NCBI GenBank assembly: GCA_036850965.1
Contig: JAZGQO010000011.1
Location: forward strand, 61,687,281-61,751,280
Source of the DNA: Patella caerulea
Lineage: Eukaryota
Direction: 5' to 3'
Length of the DNA stretch: 64,000 nucleotides
The position numbers were made by a program, and so were the translations under genes. Below, piece after piece: positions 37,836-49,800 of this stretch; position 1 is the stretch's first letter, and the number at the start of each line of letters is the position of its first letter. The notes below the pieces were generated by a model. The model did no database searches, was not told the origin of the DNA, and worked only from the letters and a program-made list of their open reading frames with translations.

Positions 37836-38461
37836 GCCCACGTCTCCATTCGCTCATCGCAAACATTGGGTTCTCTCTCCCCAAAAATATTATTTGAAAG
37901 AATTCCTAAAGTTTTAATTTTGTAATGTGCCAAAATTATACTCAAGTAAATAGAAAATAAAGATGCATCATGCTAGGTTTAGATAAAGAGCTGACCGTTC
38001 TTGCTATAACCGTTCATAAATAGATAATGAATAATAGATAATGAATAATTACTTTATTATGAGCACAGAGAGTTAATAGATGAGTTTTTTTTTTATGCGA
38101 ATACATTTCTCAATAATAATTTATAAACCATTTAAAGCCAGAAAAAGACCTGCATACTTCTTTCTTGTAAAATGTATCTTTAAGAACAAAACCGAGTTTT
38201 TATGACACTTATCCTCAGGGCGTGATTATCCTACGTCTTGGAATTTTTTATATGAATTGTTTCTAGAAATTAAAATAAAAAAAGAACGAGACGGATGTGC
38301 TTTCTTACGCAATGGTCATAATTAAATATTAATGATTGAAAAATGCGATTTTTAAAAACAAAAATTGATAGATTTTTTCTTTAAAAAATACCATTATTAA
38401 ATACTAATTAAGTTTCTGGTTGTCGCCAGGGGAGGTGACGAGAAAAAAATCTAAAAATGTT

Positions 38462-38808
38462 AAATGAAATGAAATGGGGTTTAACGTCCTACTCTTTTTG
38501 CACCTAACCTGGGCTAATGGAAGACGGGCATACGCCATACAGTGTGCTATGAGGGAAATTTTGCCCGAGCAGCGGCGCTACTGCCTACTCTTATATCGAA
38601 TTCCAACTCCAATGCGTAAACGGGACCTCGGTTTTTCGTCCCATCCGAACGACTAGGCAGCTGTCCTTGCTAGGCCCTCCTTCTGCATCACTGACAAGGG
38701 GAAACCACGCCGAAAAATCGAGATGAACTTTCTCGGCTAATGCAGGGATCACACACCCGACCTCCAGGCTAGCGAACCAGCGCCTTATCCACTTAGCCAC
38801 CGTGACCC
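38462..38808 (-). mobile_element. SINE family B, full length. On the + strand it reads tail first, gaaatgaaatggggtttaacgtcc..., and ends with a tRNA-like head, ...ctccaggctagcgaaccagcgccttatccacttagccaccgtgacccc.
   Basis: The reverse complement of the right end, ggggtcacggtggctaagtggataaggcgctgg...gtgatccc, resembles a tRNA head (D-loop tggataaggcg). The tail (cattt)n/gacgttaaaccccatttc is shared with family A. ORFs 38474..38656(+) and 38591..38800(-) are artefacts. Confidence 0.75.
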
Positions 38809-39647
38809 CTTAAAAATGTTAAGATACATATAATGAAAGGTAGGTGATAACAGTTTGGCATGTAACCATTAATCTTCCCCGAAAGGATGAGGGAATATAA
38901 GAGAAGGAGGGAGAGAGCGACGGGGTTTTACGTCCACTCAGTACCAACTAGGTTTTTTTGGGATTAGCCGATTGCACATTATTGGACCAGGAACTCAACA
39001 TCTTGTTCTTATTTCAGCTCTCTCTTCGAGTAAAAGGCTTGACCAATTCATGAAACTTGGTTTATTTGTTCCTTGGGCAATTCGATTTTGATATTATGTC
39101 GCAATGTTAAGATGACGGTGTTCACGTCATAATGGGTTCCTGGTCCATAGTGGGGCCTTTAGCAGTGGTGGTGGTAGTTGTTGGGGTGGGTGCGGGGGTA
39201 GGTTAGACTACCCTGCATGATGGAATCGAAAAGGTACCACTGTCTGTACGGAAAATGAAATTACAAGATATCCGGCTCTGAAGAAGAGAGAACTGAAATT
39301 CAGTCTGTCCCAACTTGTACAATCCGATTGAAACACAGATCCTATTTCGTTTCGTTTTTGATAGTTGAAAATTTCGTTTTACTTGTCGTCATGAGTTCTA
39401 GTTGATATAAGGAATTAGGCGATGAAATGGTCTGTTACGGCTCTGCTCGGAACTGTGGGTAAAAACCTAGAAACGTCAACGCTGATTGATTAATCAATGT
39501 CTGACGTCATATGCCAAACGCCACTTGAATGACTGTAAACAATCGAAAGTATAATGTAAACCGAAACAAAATATAGATCTGTATTTTAATCAGGCTGTAA
39601 CTTGTGTGAACTTAATAGCAAGTAGAGGAGGACCCCACTACACATAA

Positions 39648-40152
39648 GCCCCGTTTACACTTGGCCGCGATAAGCGTGCCGTACTGGGCACGGTGCTACA
39701 CCGCGATAAATTTCAAGAAATTGAACTGTTTACATTACCGGTTTTGGAACCGTGCCAAGCACGACACATGTGGGACTCTTGAAAGAAAAGTTAATTTCAG
39801 TCCCTAAGCAAGTTACCCGGATGAAAACAATTGTCGCGGTTGATTTTGGTCCGTGTAGCCATTTTGACAGAACTGATGACAGAGCTGTCAAAGTTCGCGG
39901 GAAAAAAGGTCAAGGTTCATTTGGCGCATAAGCAGTAATCCGTGCTCAGACCGGTTAGGGTTTACACTACGAAAATTTAAACCGAGCCGTTCTTGGCACG
40001 GTTCCGAGACCACCTCACTTCAGTGGGCCAGATTGGCACTGTACTCGGTACGGCACGCTTTTGTTTGACCCGTTTACACTACAAAAAAAATTAACGGTGC
40101 CGTACCAGGAACGACACCTGGCACGCTTAAAATTTGTAATGTAAACGGGGTT
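39648..40152. mobile_element. MITE-like element of about 500 bp with ccccgtttaca termini.
   Basis: It begins ccccgtttacacttggccgcgataagcgtgccgtactgggcacggtgctacacc and ends ...cacgcttaaaatttgtaatgtaaacgggg. Internal subrepeats include gtttacact and cacggtgc/gcaccgt with inverted symmetry. Confidence 0.45.
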
Positions 40153-40339
40153 ATAAACAAACCAGACAAGACAAATCCAATGACCAGCCATGAGGCTCTA
40201 AAGCACTGTAAAGTCCACTGTAATGATACAGACTTCATTCAAAATGAAAAACACAAAACAATGATTCACAATAAAGACGGAATTGAAAAATAGCAACCGA
40301 TTTTGACGGTGGTCGTCTTCTGAATGGCGATCGTCTGCC

Positions 40340-40598
40340 ATGTGAGAGAGATAGGTTAAAGTCCACTCGACACAAACCAGGTCATTTCGTGACTAGTATA
40401 TGGTTCAATTGCATTTCAATCAATCGCTTGCGTGTTGGGCCTTTACCATAGGGAGCAAACCGGAGGACACGGAGAAAACCGACGAGTTGGACAGGCGACT
40501 CCGCTCCTTGTCACGTACAAGCAGTGAAGCGAAACCGCGCCAACTGACTCGATGAGAGGTCTTATGATGCAACGCGCGTTAACCATTCGGCCACCCAA
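40340..40598 (-). mobile_element. SINE A2, reverse orientation.
   Basis: gagagataggttaaagtccactcgacacaaaccaggtcatttcgtgactag...caagcagtgaagcgaaaccgcgccaactgactcgatgagaggtc...gttaaccattcggccaccc. Confidence 0.7.
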
Positions 40599-41204
40599 CA
40601 CCCCTGACGTCATGGGTTAGAACGTCAAACCATAAGAACGTCAAACCAAAATCTAAACATGAATAAATAAAGTGTTCCAAGACAACATATTCTTTGCCAG
40701 ACTTTGTAAAATTTCGTGACATCCGAATCTCTCCATGGTGAATTAGGCACTTGAATGGTGGTCAAATTATAATGCATTTTCAGGTTTTTTGTGACAATGA
40801 GTTTGCGAGTACAACTGTCTTCTTTAGCCATGTCGAGGCAAAAACGTAGACCTTAAACACCCTACTAGAAGATGGAACCTCGCTTTATCATCTCCCCCGA
40901 ACGACTAGATGTTTGTCCCTTGTCAGGACCTTCGTTGTCGACGAACACTAAACTAGATCCCGGGACCTGCGTCTCAGTTAGCCAACCAGCGTTGTACCCG
41001 CTAAATCATCGTGACCCTCTCTCACGTGGTTAAGCTGGCCTAACTGTCACGTCCAGTGAAAGAATAACTTTATCTATTTCCCATTAGCATCAGTAAGCTA
41101 ATAACATATATAAACATTATCAATTGATTACTCCTGTGGAAATAGCAATTAATCATGGCGGTTCATTTAAAGTAGCTAAGTCTCCAACTCAATATCATCC
41201 AAAA

Positions 41205-41400
41205 TCTTCAACATTGAAAACACGAATTATTTAAATCGACATTGATGATGTGATCTTACCGGAAAAAGATGGGCTTCTAATATCTAATATTTAAGACAAA
41301 ATAAACATTTTACCATTGGTATATGAATCGAGTACCATGATGCGTTTCTGCCCCAGTTGTAACAAGAGACTATAGGAACAAGGCTACACATATTCCTTAC
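41205..41400 (-). repeat. Dispersed repeat family X, partial copy 3, inverted.
   Basis: atttaaatcgacattgatgatgtgatcttaccggaaaaagatgggcttctaatatc...taaacattttaccattggtatatgaatcgagtaccatga is the reverse complement of the 3' half of copies 1 and 2. Confidence 0.55.
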
Positions 41401-42794
41401 AAGTCTTATACGGAACCCCTAACTTACATCGAGATGGCTTTGTAATCTGCAGTGCAATGGGGTGGCAACCGTGTGAACTAATGACGTCTTTCTGAAATTA
41501 AAGTCCACCAATCAGTAATGGTTTCACCATTAAAACTTGAATGTTAATTGTCGTCTCTTAAACGAGATCCAGTTTTTCCCAAAATTTCGTTGGGTAGTGG
41601 GCTTTCTACCACAGATGAAGCAACGCGTGGCATCTGCTTGCTCATAAACACATATAAGGTTCACCAAGAAAAAAACAATTTTCCTAACTACATATCAACG
41701 AACCAACCTCCCAACTCCCGTATCCTTCCGCCTCAAAATCATGAATATTGATCAAAACCAGGCAGAAAATGTATTTTCAAACCCCCTTTTTTAGTTCCCA
41801 CACAAGTCAACAACAATCGCCATGCAAAAGGGAGAGAAAGACTAAAAATAATTTTCGCCCTTCGTAGGAATATTTTGTGAGCTGTGTCAAAAACACATGT
41901 TGTAAAGACTGTAGCAGATTTGGTTGGTAACGCTTTTCACGGATTGGGGGCTGCTGTAATGTGTACATGGTGGTATCCAGATTGAACGAGGTTCCTGGCT
42001 TTTGGTCCATCATTAGTCAATGTCTGTTACAGCCAATTGTCACATCTTGTTAAAAGAAAACCACTTTACTAGGTGTTACTTCCAACTAAAAACGTCGGCC
42101 GTTAATTTGTCAAGTCAATAAAGTCAAAAGGATGGGAGAATCCATCGCCCATTATAGGAAAGATAGCGCCAGTGTAAAATAGCTTTATTGCGGGAACTTC
42201 GCTGAGTAATGATCGACCGGCTAGAAAGCTATTTTGACACGATGAGGTGATGAGTCTTCATTATGGACAACCAGCCGAACCAAAATTGTAAATTAGATAT
42301 AATTTCTATAAGAATGAAGTGAAATGGGTTGAACGCCCACTTCAATTACCAAGATGTCTGTACATATGGGGGAGCAAGTAAAAGAACCGTTGGCAGTTGG
42401 AGGTCGACGAAGTGTATGCTTAAACGCCAATGTCCGGGCAACACTTCTTTACTGCATGGTTATTTACACAAGGTTTCTGAATTCCTATTGCATTTCATCT
42501 CGCCTACATAACAAACTCAAATTTTGACCTAAACAGCTGTCCGTATCGATTAATCGACATTGGAGTACCGGAGTAGTTTGAATTAGGTGTGTTTGAGATG
42601 TAAAAACTTTTGACGGCTGCCAGTGGATGTCTTGTAATAATCTATAGTGCTTGTCTGAAGATCTGAGACTGTGAATAGTCGACGCTACTCGTTCTCACAA
42701 ATTGAAATACTTCTATTAACTTTATGTGACGTTCATCTAATGTTATTGATGACTAACAAAAGGTGTGAATATGCTTTATCTTCAAGACTGTTAT

Positions 42795-42970
42795 ACGCGA
42801 AATGAAATGCGGTTAACGTCTTACTTTTCAACACCAAACGGGTGTACGCCATGTATTATTCTATACAGCATATTTTGTACAACCAATTGCACAACGACCA
42901 ACTCTTATCTCGAATTCCATCGCCCCATTCGAATGAATGACCTTGTGCTGGAAACAAGATAGCCAGATAG
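42795..42970 (-). mobile_element. SINE B fragment, reverse orientation.
   Basis: gaaatgaaatgcggttaacgtcttacttttcaacaccaaacgggtgtacgccatgtattattctatacagcatattttgtacaacc...atctcgaattccatcg. ORF 42765..42962(+) is an artefact. Confidence 0.5.
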
Positions 42971-43119
42971 CTGAATTTCAGGTGGAGATTCCGGTGTCCT
43001 GACGCCCACCCCGACTAAATATGAACGGAGTTGACGCAAAGTATATATCATATTATCTGGTGACGGTATGGACATGTATCCTCCATGGTTCTTTTACCAC
43101 AGGACTTTCCATCGTCCCC

Positions 43120-43325
43120 TTGTTACTGATGGAAGAGGGGCGGGGATAGCAGGGAACAGTGAATAGTCGTTCAAATCGGACCAAATTCTGAGGCTCCCCG
43201 TACACGTTGACGCGCACGTAAATAAAGCCTTGACAGTTGGAATTCGCAATAAGAGTAAGCTGTAGCACAGCTATCTCAGCAAAACGTTCCTCATAGCACG
43301 TTAAACCCAATTTGATTTCATTTCA
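43120..43325 (+). mobile_element. SINE B fragment, forward orientation.
   Basis: ccccttgttactgatggaagagg...agtcgttcaaatcggacc...ctcatagcacgttaaacccaatttgatttcatttc. ORF 43053..43310(-) is an artefact. Confidence 0.55.
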
Positions 43326-43796
43326 CGTCGTTTCGTTTCGTATCTTTGAGAAACAGAAATGTTCATAAAGTATTAACCGGAACTTTCTCCTGGTAACAAT
43401 TAAACACCGAACTCGAGATAAAGTGTCTGGTTAATCGAATGTAATGAAGAAATACGGAAAATCCCATGAGACTGGCAGTAAATGGATGGAGTGACGTTAA
43501 TTTGAATGAAAAGCCGCGCTTAAATGGAGAATCGTCTGGTGAAGGTAAATTGTTAGAAAATGGATCATCTATAATGCATGGTATCTGTCAAATATTATTG
43601 CTCGTTGCTTTCGTTCAGCCTGTCAATTTATCGGTAAAGTGATCATTTGAAACTGTCGGTTTTCAGCAGACGGCTTGTCAGTTGAGCATCTTGTTGATTT
43701 AGAATTGAAGAAGAAGGTTGACATCTTTGATAATATTAAAATTGATGATATTTAACATATCAGCCCACGTATAGAGTCTACGTATATTGTCATATT

Positions 43797-44262
43797 AGGG
43801 ACCTTTCGCATCGGTACGAAAACGAATACGAAAACGAACACGTCATCAATTCGTGTGTACTTGTGACGTCAATCCGTAATGAGTGTTCGGCCAGAGAAAA
43901 ACGTTACGCGTGTGGAGCTAGATTCACGTATATACGCAAACGAAAATGTTTTATGTCTCGTACACAGATTTTTCCACAATTTTTCGAGGCCTTGTGTATA
44001 TTGTTGATTGTATAGTGTTTGTAGAATGTGTTCAACAAATGCAATATTCTGCTTGATTTGTTGTACATCTACCAAATTATCGATTGAACACTTTGCCTGG
44101 ACAGAGAAGTTCATGGAATGGAAATTAGCCCATGTAGCTATATTATCGTACATCGGATTGCGAAACCATGTGTTAGAGGATACTTATACGTATACGAAAA
44201 CGTAAACGAACATATTATGTTCGTTTTCGTGTTCGTTTTCGTACCGATGCGAAAGTTCCCTT
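43797..44262. mobile_element. MITE-like non-autonomous DNA element of about 465 bp with roughly 45-bp terminal inverted repeats.
   Basis: The left end is gggacctttcgcatcggtacgaaaacgaatacgaaaacgaacacg. The right end is tgttcgttttcgtgttcgttttcgtaccgatgcgaaagttccc, its reverse complement with about 3 mismatches. The interior holds only short overlapping ORFs on both strands (43869..44153-, 44008..44205+, 44118..44378+), which I regard as spurious. Confidence 0.6.
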
Positions 44263-45334
44263 TTACCAGAAGTAAATTTACGCGTTCTTGTCATAGATGG
44301 ATCGAAAGAAAAAATGCGCGGTCATGTGACATTATCAGGACATGTACGCGATCTCGTGATATGTCCAGAAGGCCGTAAACGCGGCCATTTAATATGATAC
44401 GCTCTTAACATTGGCACCGGTGAACACAGTGGTGTAAGATTTTTATTTCGACGCCACTCACACACCTACGCTATTCAGGCCTATTCGTGATTCAAGAATG
44501 TAGAATATTGATCTTCCAGGGCTAGGGACGGGGCCATCAAGTCTCATCCTATATACCTACCATCCGAAGCGTTATGCTTGGATGAAAACACACATTTCAG
44601 AAAGTTTTTAAAATGGTAGCTAAAATAATCTGATCAGGACTACTTTTGTGGCTCTCTATCATCGGTTTTGTGGACTACATCAAGTCCGCTTCGTGTTCGG
44701 GCTGATGAACGTTTTACTAGTTTTCACAACTTTGTTTTTGTTTTTAAGTAGTAATTTTATTGATCAAAAGAGAACCCGATGTTTTATAGAAATCGATCTA
44801 CTGGCGTAACGATGATAAATCGCTAATGCCCGCCTATTGTAAACCTACGATCTAGAGGTGATGACAACAATTGGCGGGAAACATCACTCAACAGACGTAA
44901 AACGTATGACGTGTCAGTTCCTATTAGCACGAGCTGGGGTAAATTCAACTTAAAACCGGAACAATGAGACAGAAGGGATTGCTAGTTAAACATTTATCGA
45001 GTGCGGAAAACGATAATTTAATAAAAATGTGATCTATGAGCGGACACAACATGATTTACATTTTTTTCTAACATTAGGTGTGTCGCAGACGGATAATCAC
45101 ATTTAAAAGAAAATATCTAACTCTGAGAATATTTTCTGTGTGTTTTTGTTTTTTTTATCTTTCATCGCCATGAAGATATTACAGTCTTATTATATTTTGA
45201 TATCCAGTCTGACAGTTGAAAGTTGATTTTTTTATAGCAACATTATCAATTGCAGAGGTGGCAAATTAAAGAAAAAAAGTAAGGCTGGTTTTTTCATTTG
45301 CCTTACTGGTGGTATTATTAATTGTAAGCGAAAT

Positions 45335-45555
45335 AAAATGAAATGGGGTTTAACGTCCTATTTCTTTGAACCAACCTGTTCAAAGAAGATGGGAATGTGC
45401 CATTCAGTGTGATACGAGGGACATTTTGTACTGGCAACGGTGTTACTATACTCTTGTATACCTGTAGACGTTTTTCTGTTTCATCCGAACGACTAGACGT
45501 TGTTCCATGCAAGTTCCTCCGTCCCGCACCACCGCAGCTACCAAGAAATGTTAAA
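45335..45555 (-). mobile_element. SINE B, reverse orientation.
   Basis: aaataaaatgaaatggggtttaacgtcctatttc...gtgtgatacgagggacattttgtactggcaacgg...tttcatccgaacgactagacgttgttcc. Confidence 0.6.
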
Positions 45556-45729
45556 TTCGTTGGTGATCTGCCAATATCGCGAGAAAATATTTTTTTTTTT
45601 GAAAGAGTATTTGTCATAAAGGGGTTATTGATGGATACTATGAGTGTTAAAGCCTGTGATCATCATTTGAGTGATTCTGAACACCTTGCAAGCTACAGTA
45701 TTTTGAAAGTTGAATGTCTAAAAATACCT

Positions 45730-45895
45730 TGCCCGTCCAACCGCGTGGGTTTTCTTCCGGTTCTCTTGTTTCTTCCCACTGCTAAAGACCCCGACGCACA
45801 AGCGAATTATTGAAATAAAATGGAACCATATGTAAGTCTCGAAATGACCTAGTTTGTGTCGAGTGGTTGTTAAATCCTATTCTCTCGTTTCAATT
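45730..45895 (+). mobile_element. SINE A copy truncated at the 5' end.
   Basis: ccaaccgcgtgggttttcttccggttctcttgtttcttcccactgctaaagaccccgacgcacaagcgaattattgaaataaaatggaacc...gtcgagtggttgttaaatcc. It abuts a SINE-B copy at 45335-45555. ORF 45397..45813(+) is an artefact. Confidence 0.6.
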
Positions 45896-45924
45896 TGTTT
45901 TAATCAACCCAATCTGGTCTATAT

Positions 45925-46250
45925 TTCGTTTCGTTTTTTAATACTCTCGATGGCCTACACTACATAAAGATCAGAGCAGTCGTAGCGATAGGTGACGTCA
46001 GAGTTCATACGAGCGGCTTTTGACCATATGACGTCAGAATTTGATTAACCAATCAGTGTTGACGTTTCTAGTCGATTAACCACAGTTCCGTGCATTACAC
46101 GCAAAGAACTCACCGTAACATACCTTTTCATTGGCTAATCCCTCACTTCATCTAAAACGCCACTAATATAACAACTCTTGCAGATCCTAGTTTAGTAAAG
46201 ACAAGTAAAACAAAATTTTGAACTATAAAAAACGAAACGAAATAGTGTCT
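45925..46250. mobile_element. MITE-like element, copy 1 of 2, with TIRs of atatttcgtttcgttttttata.
   Basis: It starts aatatttcgtttcgttttttaatactctcgatgg and ends ctataaaaaacgaaacgaaata. The copy at 46575-46995 shares about 85% of the interior, e.g. ...gacgtcagaatttgattaaccaatcagtgttgacgtttctagtcgattaaccacagttccgtgca.... Confidence 0.55.
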
Positions 46251-46574
46251 GTTTTAATGAGGTTGTCCAAATATAGCTCAACTCCGTTCACGGTTTACAA
46301 ATATATTATGAATTGAAACTTTTAGCACACCAAGTAAAAGTATCCCTTGCAGACGATTAGTGTTTGGTAATTTGTTTTTAATCCAACCCACCGTTCATAT
46401 ATAATTTGGTCTGTTTTCTTATTTAAAGATGCATAAATGTATAGAACTAAATCTGCTTATTGCAGGTCTTTCTTTTAACTTGAAATGTTATATCAATTAA
46501 TAATTCGATATTTATTCATACACCAAGCCAACTCTCTAGATCAGCGAATAGCAATCTGATTAAAATACATATAT

Positions 46575-46995
46575 CAATATTTCGTTTCGTTTTTTTATAC
46601 TTTCGATGGGATACGCTACAGGAGAACGCTAGATCGGAGACGGTCCTACGCATTTTATGACGTCACATGTGGATTGTGGGTTAGGGTAGGACCGTCTCCG
46701 ATCTAGCGTTCTCCTACGCTACATGAAAATCTGACCGGTTGCAGCGATAAGTCGCGATCGTGTCAAAGATCATACGCGCGGCTTTGATCCTATGACGTCA
46801 GATATTTGATTAATCAATCAGCATTGATGTTTCTAGTGGATTACGCACAGTTCCGTGCACCACACGCCAAAAACTCGCCGTTATAGACGGTTTCATTGGT
46901 TAATCCCTCACTTCAACCAGAACGCAGGTAATTTAACAACTCTTTCAGATTATAATGTAATAAAGACAAGTAAAACGAAATTTTGAACTATAAAA
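46575..46995. mobile_element. MITE-like element, copy 2. It carries an insertion of about 110 bp that contains a perfect 29-bp inverted repeat.
   Basis: The TIRs are the same as in copy 1. The extra segment 46612-46722 contains ggagaacgctagatcggagacggtcctac (46619-46647) and its exact reverse complement gtaggaccgtctccgatctagcgttctcc (46689-46717). Between them is a 41-bp spacer containing tgacgtca. Confidence 0.55.
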
Positions 46996-47489
46996 AACGA
47001 AACGAAATATATATAGAACCCGTGTTTTAAACAGTTTGATCGAATATAATTTAAATTGATTGAAACACCATCGCGATTTAATAATTTGATTTGAAAATAA
47101 ATAAACGAGCCTTTGCTTATATCGTAACAATGGTACTTGACAACCGAGACTATATTTTTGATTATCTAGTATTAAACAATTATATATAGTAAGAACGATC
47201 AGCCCTTTATCTAAATCTGACATAATGCATCTTTCAATGTTAAAATATAGCTATAAGTGCAATTTAGCTGGGATTGAAATATTAACAAGTCTTAGTTGCC
47301 GACACGATTGTCATGGAAGGGAAGGGGGTGTTGGTATGGAGGGGTGGGGCTTGTTTCAGTAGATAATAATAACGACTTTTTCAAGCAGTAATACATTAGT
47401 AAAATTAGGTTTCCTTCAAGGCAAAAAGAAAGGTTTATGTTTGGTCAGTATTAACCTAGTATTGTTTTTGATATATATGAATGTTCTGG

Positions 47490-47770
47490 GAAATTGCATG
47501 GCCGAATCGTTAGCACATGTGCGTTGTATCATAAGGTCTGTTATTCGATCAACTGGCGTGGTTTCGATTCCCAGGTTGTATGTGACAAGAGTAGGGTCGC
47601 CTCTCCAATCTCGTGGGTTTTCTCGCCCCCCCCCCGGTTTCCTCCCACCGCTAAAGACCCCTACGCGCAAGCGAATTATTGAAATAAAAATTGAATCATA
47701 TGTTAGTCTCGAAATGACCTAGTTTGTGTCGAGTGGACGTTAAACCTCATTTCTCTCTCGCTCTCCATTC
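47490..47770 (+). mobile_element. SINE A2, full length.
   Basis: Head ...tggccgaatcgttagcacatgtgcgttgtatcataaggtctgttattcgatcaactggcgtggtttcgattcccaggttgtatgtgacaag.... Body and tail ...gtcgagtggacgttaaacctcatttctctctcgctctcc. ORFs 47416..47670(-), 47441..47722(+) and 47494..47682(+) are artefacts. Confidence 0.75.
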
Positions 47771-48871
47771 ATATTCTCTCATTACATTTTATACTTTATC
47801 AAGCAATGATCATAAAGACTATAGAGAAACCGAATCGAAACGTCGTCCAGTAAATGAGCATTAATTGTATTCCATAGAATTGTGTCATGTGTATTTAAAT
47901 GGATGACTTGTTTGATTGTATAAAAGGTTAAGGAAGACAGATGTTGATGCGATTATCAGAGAAACAGATCCACAACTTCACACATCCTTTACAGACAATG
48001 AGAACCTATTAATGGCCACTGGTAATTTATCCTAAAAGTCACTCGATTAGTGCTAATAAATCAGACACGCCCCTTGATCATTATAAACCTATATAATCAA
48101 TGTCTTTAAGGGACATGTGGTAGTATGGTATGCTTTACCCGACGAAAATGTGGTGCTGCAGTTTAACATGTGTATACATTTTGGCGGATATTTCAATCCG
48201 TGAAGTTAGAATCGGAAGCGATTTAATAGTTTAGGTATTTATAGCCGGTTTTTATGACGTATTAATTAACTTCCCCATAGACATTCTATTAGCTAGTATA
48301 ACACCTCGGTTAGATTGTTCACATCGTCTGGGAAATTATTCATTGTGGTTTTATTAACCCCCATCTCTAGCTTTATAGTCCATTACTATTTTGCTTTAAT
48401 ACCAAGATTTTTATTGTCTGCAAAATTTCCCACTTCACTTGTCAGCGGAAACATCCATTTTAAAACCCCGTCTAAATACAATGTAAATCACCACCTTTTA
48501 TTGGGTAACTTGATTTTGATCTTGTCCATATCCCTTTCAATGTTGATATCCCAAAAGAATAACCGTCCTAATCTATTATTACGTTATGCTGGCGTCAACA
48601 ACAAATGGCGTGATAGGTTTAATGGATTGGCGGTCGTCGCTGTTGGCACAATTTTCTTTAAAAAAATAAAAAGATTTGCTGCGCTGTGATTCCAACTGCC
48701 AAGGGATATTTAGGCTTACGCTAGTATGTGTACTAGAGAATCTCTGTATTGGTGTCATTCGAAAGAAATGGCGATACCCCTTGTTCACCATTGGCGTTGG
48801 GTGGGGTGGGGTGTTGGGAGAGAGGGGGGGGCATTTAAGGACTAATATATGGTTCAGTTTTATTCTAATCA

Positions 48872-49132
48872 GGTTTCCCCTTGTCAGTGATGCAGAACGG
48901 AGGGCCTGACAAGAACAGCTGCCTAGTCGTTCGGATGGAATGGAAAACCGAGGTCCTGTGTACACATTGGCGTGCACATAAAGGATCCCTTGACATTTGG
49001 AATTCGATATCAATGAAGGCCGTAGCGCGGCTGCCCGGGCAAAAATTTCCCTCATAACACACTCTATTGCTTATGGTCGTCTTCCATTGGCCCAGGTTAA
49101 GTGCAGAAGACTAAGACGTTAAACCCTATTTG
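48872..49132 (+). mobile_element. SINE B, forward orientation.
   Basis: cccttgtcagtgatgcagaacggagggcctgacaagaacagctgcctagtcgttcggatggaatggaaaaccgaggtcctgtgtacac...agacgttaaaccctatttg. ORFs 48579..49055(-) and 48865..49062(-) are artefacts. Confidence 0.65.
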
Positions 49133-49489
49133 TTTCTGTACGGGGCTGTCGTAGGATAGACGACCCCGCTACTTTTCACGTGCGAATAAATTCAAGTTGG
49201 TTGGGTAACCAGGCCACATTACTCAATATCAGACCTTATGATCTAAAATGCACTCAATAAATCATTGGTTTGATTAGGAAAATGTAAGACGTTAAACACT
49301 CTTCTTTCATTTAACTAATCGTTTATTTTTTTTTTATTTCTAGAATCGAATTATATGTAAATTATCTGTAATTATGTATTGTCAGGGGTCTCATTAAAAC
49401 TAAATAAATGGATAATTGCTCCTTACTTCCGTCCCCTTTGTCCAATTAGTAGACCCAAGGTTTTTTGTCGAATAGTAAGTGTATGAGAA

Positions 49490-49800
49490 CGACATTGCAC
49501 ATGGTAATCCTGATTCGTAAACAGTGATTTTCTGGTAATCTTAACATGGTTGTTATAGTGGTAATAAACATTCTTAAACACAGTGGTTGTGTTGTAATCT
49601 TAACTCGTAAACACGATTGTTATATGGTAATCTTTATTCGTAAACACGATGACCATATGGTAATCTTGATTCGTAAAGATGGTAGTTAGGTGGCAATTTT
49701 AATTCGTAACCACGGTGGTGGTTAATTGGTAGACTAATCTTTATTCTTAAACACGGTGGTTGTGTGGTAATCTTTATTTGTAAACACGTTGGTTGCTATT
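49490..49800. repeat. Minisatellite with a unit of about 40-45 bp, ggtaatcttgattcgtaaacacgatggttatat.
   Basis: About 7 units each contain tcgtaaacac(g/a) and ggtaatct. Confidence 0.7.

Noticed and set aside
43869-44378. Three overlapping ORFs of 65-94 aa on both strands
   Set aside because: They lie inside a MITE with 45-bp TIRs. There is no coherent frame, and the overlapping both-strand ORFs are typical of a palindromic element.
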